Below, piece after piece: positions 58,652 through 64,000 of a stretch of DNA of 64,000 bases. The notes below the pieces were generated by a model. That model was given only the letters and a program-made list of their open reading frames with translations, was not told the origin of the DNA and made no database searches. Made by a program: the position numbers and the translations under genes. Position 1 is the first letter of the stretch. Each line of letters opens with the position of its first letter. Location of the stretch: assembly GCA_944391115.1 (NCBI GenBank), contig CALXSJ010000011.1:26143-90142 (forward strand), written 5' to 3'. This stretch comes from an uncultured Victivallales bacterium (lineage in GTDB: Bacteria > Verrucomicrobiota > Lentisphaeria > Victivallales > UBA1829).

Positions 58652-58680
58652 AAGATACCGCACGGAACGGGATTTTTCAA
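58652..58680 (-). promoter_or_regulatory. sigma70-like promoter of csoR
   Basis: On the minus strand: TTGAAA (58675-58680), 17-nt spacer, TATCTT (58652-58657). Confidence 0.45.
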
Positions 58681-58780
58681 GTCCGGGGCGGTTTCCCCGC
58701 AGGAAGAGCAAAACCGCGGCAAGGTGTTCCCGCGATATCTTCCTGCATGAATTTTTTGTTTTTCTTGCCCCGCGGAAATC

Positions 58781-58808
58781 TTGAAAAAAACGGAAGGCGC
58801 GGTAAATT
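58781..58808 (+). promoter_or_regulatory. sigma70-like promoter candidate of the NifU-like/GGGtGRT operon
   Basis: TTGAAA (58781-58786), 16-nt spacer, TAAATT (58803-58808). AGGAG RBS before the ATG at 58866. Confidence 0.4.
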
Positions 58809-58865
58809 ACCATTCTTGGTTTGAATTTTCCTTGCAACCTTACAACATAACAGGAGAAACATGCG

Positions 58866-59558
58866 ATGAACTTCACACACGAAGTCGAGCAGATGTGCTG
58901 CGTCGCCAAGGGCCCGAAGCACGGACCCGCGCCGATTCCGCAGGAAGGCGCCTGGACAAAGGCTTACGAGATCAAGGATATTTCCGGTCTCACCCACGGT
59001 GTCGGCTGGTGCGCTCCCCAGCAGGGCGCCTGCAAGCTGACGCTCAATGTCAAGAACGGGATCATCCAGGAGGCTCTCGTCGAGACCATCGGCTGTTCCG
59101 GAATGACGCACTCCGCCGCGATGGCCGCCGAAATCCTGCCCGGCAAAACCATTCTGGAAGCCCTGAACACCGACCTTGTCTGTGACGCGATCAATACCGC
59201 GATGCGCGAACTGTTCCTCCAGATCGTCTACGGACGCACGCAGACGGCCTTCTCCGAAGGCGGCCTGCCGATCGGCGCCGGACTGGAAGACCTCGGCAAG
59301 GGGCTCCGCTCCATCACGGGCACGATGTACGGCACGAGCGCCAAAGGCGTCCGCTATCTTGAAATGGCCGAAGGCTATGTCACGGAAATCGCGCTGGATG
59401 ACGAGGACAAGGTCATCGGCTACAAGTTCATCAAGCTCGGACCCATGCTCGACGCGATCAGCAAGGGCATGGACGCGAACGAGGCGCTCAAGAAGTTCAC
59501 CGGAACCTACGGACGCTTCGCCGACGCCGCCAAAACCATCAACCCGCGTCATCAGTAA
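58866..59558 (+). CDS. NifU/IscU-N-terminal-like Fe-S scaffold-like protein with an extra C-terminal domain
   Basis: The blocks GVGWCAPQQGACKLTLNVKNGIIQEALVETIGCSGMTHSAAMAAEILPGKTILEAL resemble the IscU/NifU-N fold with conserved Cys positions. The roughly 100-aa C-terminal extension has no recognisable family. Confidence 0.7.
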   Translation: MNFTHEVEQMCCVAKGPKHGPAPIPQEGAWTKAYEIKDISGLTHGVGWCAPQQGACKLTLNVKNGIIQEALVETIGCSGMTHSAAMAAEILPGKTILEALNTDLVCDAINTAMRELFLQIVYGRTQTAFSEGGLPIGAGLEDLGKGLRSITGTMYGTSAKGVRYLEMAEGYVTEIALDDEDKVIGYKFIKLGPMLDAISKGMDANEALKKFTGTYGRFADAAKTINPRHQ

Positions 59559-59573
59559 GGGGGAGTCGTCACC

Positions 59574-60572
59574 ATGGCACTTTTTGAAAGCTACGACCGC
59601 AGAATTGCGCAGATCAATAAATTCCTCAACGACAACGGCATTGCCTCCCTTGAGGAAGCCGAACAGATCACGAAGGGCAAGGGGCTTGACATCTACAAGC
59701 GCGTCAAGGACATCCAGCCGATCTGCTTTGAGAACGCCTGCTGGGCCTATCTCGTGGGCGCCGCCGTCGCCATCAAGCGCGGACAGACCGTCGCAAGCGA
59801 AATTGCAAAAACTCTCGGAGAGGGACTTCAGTCCTTCTGCATTCCCGGATCCGTCGCCGACGACCGCAAAGTCGGACTCGGGCACGGCAATCTCGCCTCG
59901 ATGCTGCTGCGCGATGAGACGAAATGCTTCGCGTTCTGCGCGGGCCATGAGTCCTTTGCCGCCGCCGAAGGCGCGATCGGGCTTGCCCGCAGTGCGAACA
60001 AGGCGCGCAAGGAGCCGCTCCGCGTCATCCTGAACGGCCTCGGAAAAGACGCCGCCCAGATCATCTCCCGCATCAACGGCTTCACCGGCGTCGAAACGGA
60101 ATTCGACTACATGACCGGCAAGCTCAAAATCGTCTCCGAGCGCGCATACAGCAAAGGCGAGCGCGCGGCGGTCCGCTGCTACGGCGCGGATGACGTCCGC
60201 GAGGGCGTCGCGATCATGTGGCAGGAGGGTGTGGACATCGCCATTACCGGCAACTCCACGAATCCGACCCGCTTCCAGCATCCCGTCATGGCTACCTACA
60301 AGAAGGAGCGCATCGAAAAGGGAATGCCCTTCTTCTCCGTCGCCTCCGGCGGCGGAACGGGCAGAACGCTTCATCCCGACAACATGGCCGCCGGTCCCGC
60401 CTCCTACGGCATGACCGACACGATGGGCCGGATGCATTCCGACGCGCAGTTCGCCGGTTCCTCCTCGGTTCCCGCGCACGTTGAAATGATGGGACTCATC
60501 GGCATGGGCAACAACCCGATGGTCGGCGCTTCCGTCGATGTCGCGGTTGCCGTTGCGCAGGCGATGAAATAA
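59574..60572 (+). CDS. GGGtGRT-family protein (uncharacterised)
   Basis: Contains the family-defining motif ...FFSVASGGGTGRTLHPDNMAAGPASYGMTDTMGRMHSD.... The length of about 330 aa is as expected. Starts 15 nt after the upstream stop. Confidence 0.8.
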   Translation: MALFESYDRRIAQINKFLNDNGIASLEEAEQITKGKGLDIYKRVKDIQPICFENACWAYLVGAAVAIKRGQTVASEIAKTLGEGLQSFCIPGSVADDRKVGLGHGNLASMLLRDETKCFAFCAGHESFAAAEGAIGLARSANKARKEPLRVILNGLGKDAAQIISRINGFTGVETEFDYMTGKLKIVSERAYSKGERAAVRCYGADDVREGVAIMWQEGVDIAITGNSTNPTRFQHPVMATYKKERIEKGMPFFSVASGGGTGRTLHPDNMAAGPASYGMTDTMGRMHSDAQFAGSSSVPAHVEMMGLIGMGNNPMVGASVDVAVAVAQAMK

Positions 60573-60600
60573 ATCCTTCCGGCATTTCTGCCGGTCATGA

Positions 60601-60642
60601 AAAACGGGATGTTCTCCGGACCGGGGTGCATCCCGTTTTTTT
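60601..60642 (+). terminator. Rho-independent terminator of the NifU-like/GGGtGRT operon
   Basis: Stem aaaacgggatg / catcccgtttt followed by a T-run ending at 60642. A smaller hairpin ccggca-tttc-tgccgg lies just upstream (60578-60593). Confidence 0.8.
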
Positions 60643-61089
60643 ATATTCCTGCGGAAGTTAGGCGGCAAACTCTTTCCGGGGATCCTTGCCGGATCATTTC
60701 GTCTCCCCGGCGGCATTCCGGCAGACGCAGTTCCGGTTATGCGCAAGTTGCGGTGTTCCGCCGTGGCAAGGAGGAATCCATACCACCCGCCTTTCTTTGC
60801 TGTATTCATGCAGACAGATAAGGTGTTCCGCTTCTTGCCGACTCGGAAATTCCCTGAATCAGTTCGACGGCACGGCGTCCCTCTGCGCTGTTGGGGTCAG
60901 GCTCCCGGCAGTTTTAGATCGCATCGGCAGAGTCGCTGATTTGATTGCGATGCCTGTTTCCCGCAATCCCCATGGGGGCGTCCGCCGCTGGCATTTGCTG
61001 TCTGTTTCAATATGGAAATCCCGGAGCGCAGGTCGTGCCCGCTTCTAGCGTTCCGAAGGATCCGTATCAACTGAATTTCCAATTGCCTT

Positions 61090-61880
61090 GCGGTCATCCG
61101 GGTCTGTCAAGGAGTCGGCCTTCCGCAAGTATGGGGGGCAAATCAGTCGCCGTACTGCGTGCAGATACATGGAGAAGTCTGGTTTCATCACATGTAAAAC
61201 TCCGTTCAGAGTTGCCGGGAAACGGAACCCCGCCAAAGTTGAGGCCTGTTCAAGGAGGAGCGTCCCGCCATACGGGAAAAGGCCGTTGCGGAAAATGGAA
61301 CAATCCTTTTTTGGGGGACGAATTCCCCGTTCTCACGTGCGGGACAAAGATGCGCGCCTGTTCTCCGATGGGGACAGCGCCAATGCTGCGAGCTTCTGCG
61401 GATCGCTCAATTCGCTGCAATATGATTTCCGCCGTCAGCGGCAGAGGGGGGAGATGAGGGTTCATGATCTTTGAAGAAACAGGGAATGTCGATGTATCCA
61501 AGGAGTTTTTCTCAGGACTGAACAGGAAAATCAATGGAAGGATTTTTCTTGTCGTGGAAATCAGAAGGTCCGTCATCTCCAATGTCTTGCTGAATGGCTG
61601 GAATGTCGGAGCGGGATGCCGGAATTTTCTTATCCGCCCGGCTGTTCTCCGGAACTCTCCCTCCGATGAACATTTGAACAGGGGGTTGAAAGCCGGATTG
61701 ACGGGACAGGATCTTCCCAGTTTAATGGGCGCTTTGAGTCAAAGCTCTGAAATGCATATGAGAAAAAGAGAGCGCAGGCCTGACTTCATCAAGAAATTCT
61801 TTGAAAAAGACGAGATTCGTGAAGCTTTTAAAGATTGCCGAGATTTTTCTATGGCCTGCACAGCAAATAAAATGTTCTGA
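61090..61880 (+). pseudogene. decayed IS630/Tc1-mariner-like DDE transposase remnant
   Basis: Pieces in two frames read like IS630 blocks: ISRRTACRYMEKSGFITCKTP (second HTH); FLGDEFPVLTCGTKMRACSPMGTAP (first D, then r.W...G..P); RCNMISAVSGRGG, then an in-frame TGA at 61455-61457; FEETGNVDVSKEFFSGLNRKINGRIFLVVEI (the lvlDN position); NSPSDEHLNRGLKAGL (the YSPELNP.E..W..lK position). At least one frameshift and one stop are present. This is by-eye recognition only. Confidence 0.4.
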
Positions 61881-62377
61881 TTCTCAGAAGAAGTGGGTTG
61901 AGAAATCAGAAAAATCAAGGAAGCCTTCCCGTTCCAGGAAAGTCTGCGGATTGAAATCGGAGATTTGGATGCAAAACTTCCGGAATTCCGCATCGCTCCG
62001 GATTCCGGAAGTCCCTTTCTTACGGGAGTCTCGATCGCTGCGGAGGAATCCGCGATATTCCTGATCTGGAAGATACGCCTTGGTTTGCCGGGCCTTTCGC
62101 CGGCCGCATGAAACGTGCGGGAATTATTCCGGACGAAATTTTTCCCTTGAAAAAATCTGAAAACTCCTGCCCATATATGGAACTGCGGGCAAGAGCTGAG
62201 TCCCGCGTCACTTTTTTCCGCTTCGATGCGCGTGCGGCAGCATCCGGAAACGCCTGGGGAAAAGCGGGGTAAGGCGGAGCGGTATGCGTGATCTGCGAAA
62301 TTCCGGAACATTCAGAACATCTGCCGGTGACGGAAGGCTCATTCCGGTGGTTCTGCCGCCGTCCCGAGGATGAGCGG

Positions 62378-63481
62378 TTACATTCCGCAATGTGCCGATG
62401 GTTCCTCTGCGGGATTGTCCAGAATCGGGGAAAACACGATCTCCTGCGGCGTGTAATGATCCTGAAAGAGACTCTGCACCGCGAAGACGCCGATGGAGAG
62501 ATAATCGAATTTCACACTCGGAATGCAGGGGGTGTACTTGTTGTTGAAGTCATAGGGAAACAATGTGACAAGGGACGTTTTCTCCGGCAGACCGAGATTC
62601 GAGTTCAGTGAATGTGCGAAGTTCAGTGCGGGGGAATCATGCACGCCGAACAGGAGTCCGTCGAAGGCGGTTTCCTTCTGAAATTTCCGCAGGCGTTCGA
62701 CAAACGCCATGGGCGGCTCATTGATCCCGCCGATGTCGCAGAGAAGCTGCGGATGAGTTCCGGGAAGATTTTCAAGTGCGCGCAGATAAGCGCTCCTGAC
62801 CGGATTGAACTCGTTGTTCAGAAAACTGGTTGCCAGCGCGATCCGGGAAGCGCCCCGCTGCACGAGATAGTCGAGAGCTTTCTCGATTCCTCCTGCGAGA
62901 TCGGCCTTGCAGCAGACCCACTGATCCACAGCCTGCTTCAGACTCGAATTCCGATAATTCAGATGATGGATGTGGGCGATCCGGAATTTCTTTCGGAGAA
63001 AAAGCGGGAAAATCGGAGCATACCAGTTGCTGTAGAAGATGATCCTGCTTCCGTCAGGCAGACGTTCCAGAATTGTTTCATCGAAATCCTCGATCCGGTT
63101 GGTTGTTGTCAGCGGGAGAGTGATGACATGGGCTTTCCGGAGGCATGCCTCCTGGAGACAGCCGCTCAGAATGTCACGGAGAATGCTGCGCGTTTCAAAA
63201 TCGGATTTCAGAAAATAGTCGGAGCAGGGCAGCAGGAGAAAGACATTTCCGACATCGCTTCCGGTGCGGTGCGGCAGGAAAGTGCCTTTGCCGGGAATGC
63301 GCTCCAGAAGCCCCTCTTTTTCCAGGATGTCAAGCGATCCGCGGAGGGTTTTTCTTGTGATTCCCAGCATGGCGGCCAGTTCCGGCTCGACGGGCAGGCG
63401 GTTCCGGTTCGCATATGCGCCGGAAAGGATCTCCTTTTTCAGTTTCCCGGCGATTTCGAGGCGTTTGACAGGCGGTCTCAT
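62378..63481 (-). CDS. GntR-family transcriptional regulator with a LacI/PBP1-like sugar-binding domain (AraR-like architecture)
   Basis: wHTH RLPVEPELAAMLGITRKTLRGSLDILEKEGLLERIPGKGTFL followed by about 290 aa of effector domain. Same architecture as 29815..30888. Confidence 0.9.
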   Translation of the reverse strand: MRPPVKRLEIAGKLKKEILSGAYANRNRLPVEPELAAMLGITRKTLRGSLDILEKEGLLERIPGKGTFLPHRTGSDVGNVFLLLPCSDYFLKSDFETRSILRDILSGCLQEACLRKAHVITLPLTTTNRIEDFDETILERLPDGSRIIFYSNWYAPIFPLFLRKKFRIAHIHHLNYRNSSLKQAVDQWVCCKADLAGGIEKALDYLVQRGASRIALATSFLNNEFNPVRSAYLRALENLPGTHPQLLCDIGGINEPPMAFVERLRKFQKETAFDGLLFGVHDSPALNFAHSLNSNLGLPEKTSLVTLFPYDFNNKYTPCIPSVKFDYLSIGVFAVQSLFQDHYTPQEIVFSPILDNPAEEPSAHCGM

Positions 63482-63549
63482 GACATCAGGCTCTTTCCGT
63501 TGTGAACGATTCTTTCCGCGATGGCGGAAGGACTTGTTTTTCTTTTATT

Positions 63550-63577
63550 ATTATACATCATGTTCCCTTAAAATCAA
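63550..63577 (-). promoter_or_regulatory. sigma70-like promoter of the second GntR-family gene
   Basis: On the minus strand: TTGATT (63572-63577), 16-nt spacer, TATAAT (63550-63555), with TG immediately upstream of the -10. Confidence 0.5.
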
Positions 63578-63745
63578 GGGCTTCTTCCTGTGTTTCTGGA
63601 AGAAAAGCTTGGATTCTGCATTTTTAACGGGTCAGAAGAGCTGCTGAAAAAGAAAGCGCAGACTTTCTTCCCATTTCTTTGACAAGGGGCGCTTTTCCAT
63701 TCATAAGCCGCGAAAGAAAGGGATGGATGCCTGGAAAACAGGAGT

Positions 63746-63880
63746 GCTCAATAAACAGCCCCGGAGCAGAGCGCGCGCTCGTATCGGGGATTTTGCCTGC
63801 GCGACCAGCTTGTTCCGCTGGAGCGAAGCAGTTCCGAAAGGGAAGCGCGAAGCGGTTTTTTCCGATGCGGTGCATCGCAC
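63746..63880 (-). repeat. third, inverted and diverged copy of the structured repeat seen at 31871-32104
   Basis: 63746-63800 is the reverse complement of 31956-32011 with few mismatches (gctcaataaacagccccggagcagagcgcgcgctcgtatcggggattttgcctgc versus the rc gcttcaatgaacggccccggtgcagagcatacgctcgtatcggggattccgcctgc). The remainder is diverged but still hairpin-rich. Confidence 0.75.
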
Positions 63881-64000
63881 TGTCAACCTGATTGTTTACA
63901 TGAAAACATTTCCTGAATCTGGGAGTAATGGTTCTGATCTCCAAAGTTCCAGGAATAAAATTTTCTGTTTTTTCTAAAAATCCCCCCTTGTTTTTAAGGG

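Noticed and set aside
38425-60809. Further long shadow ORFs (38425..38943, 39007..39699, 39801..41201, 41389..42087, 42881..43573, 43669..45138, 45038..46222, 46241..47794, 48353..49705, 49617..50807, 49895..51193, 52327..54480, 54470..55306, 55664..56506, 56988..58214, 58677..60809, 59176..60033)
   Set aside because: The reasoning is the same as above. They lie opposite or out of frame to confidently identified genes (GH109-like, hldD, the PP2C phosphatase, tlyA, tyrS, the M16 peptidase, argG, the GT-C gene, tkt, ruvB, the ATPase, the GGGtGRT gene) and show no motifs.
61739-62311. 190-aa minus-strand ORF, and other short ORFs at 61.8-62.4 kb, as a possible pilin-like/cargo gene downstream of the second GntR-family gene
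   Set aside because: There is no FTLIELL-type N-terminus, no signal peptide and no recognisable motif. The ORF overlaps the transposase-remnant region. It is most likely non-coding.

Overview
64-kb chromosomal window from a GC-rich bacterium. I infer a PVC-superphylum lineage (Lentisphaerota/Victivallales- or Kiritimatiellota-like). The basis is several prepilin-type 'FTL[IV]ELL[IV]VI.IIAIL' DUF1559-like proteins placed next to glycoside-hydrolase-like genes, plus a Minf_1886-family protein. I call 42 protein genes and 1 decayed transposase. I saw no rRNA, tRNA or CRISPR array. Housekeeping genes: dnaE, PFOR/nifJ, tkt, ruvB, tyrS, argG, hldD, tlyA, an M16 peptidase. They are interleaved with glycan-utilisation loci: fucP, a LacI regulator, DUF4838/CBM9, GH32-like, FGGY kinase, GH78-like, GH84-like and GH109-like genes. 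Base composition is mosaic. Two visibly AT-rich islands (about 1-6.7 kb and 25.6-31.2 kb) sit in GC-rich sequence; hand counts of sample lines gave about 37-45% versus about 57-68% GC. Main points worth a second look: (1) a recurring operon layout of regulator, then pseudopilin-like protein, then secreted glycosidase-like protein, seen 2-3 times, with both AT-rich islands built on it and the pilin-like genes lacking the canonical Gly at -1; (2) a NifU-like plus GGGtGRT-family gene pair of unknown function, divergent from a CsoR / P-type ATPase metal module that has a textbook CsoR operator; (3) a structured 133-bp-period GC-rich repeat with four hairpins, where copy differences fall only in loops, present in tandem at 31.87-32.10 kb and inverted at 63.75 kb; (4) a near-perfect in-frame 36-bp tandem repeat inside a FG-GAP/GH84-like gene; (5) a cluster of five poly-G tracts upstream of the GH78-like gene; (6) a decayed IS630-like transposase in a 1.8-kb gene-poor stretch; (7) a tightly overlapping GNAT / LbH acetyltransferase / GT-C glycosyltransferase operon. 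The many very long ORFs antisense to real genes are codon-aligned shadow frames and I rejected them.
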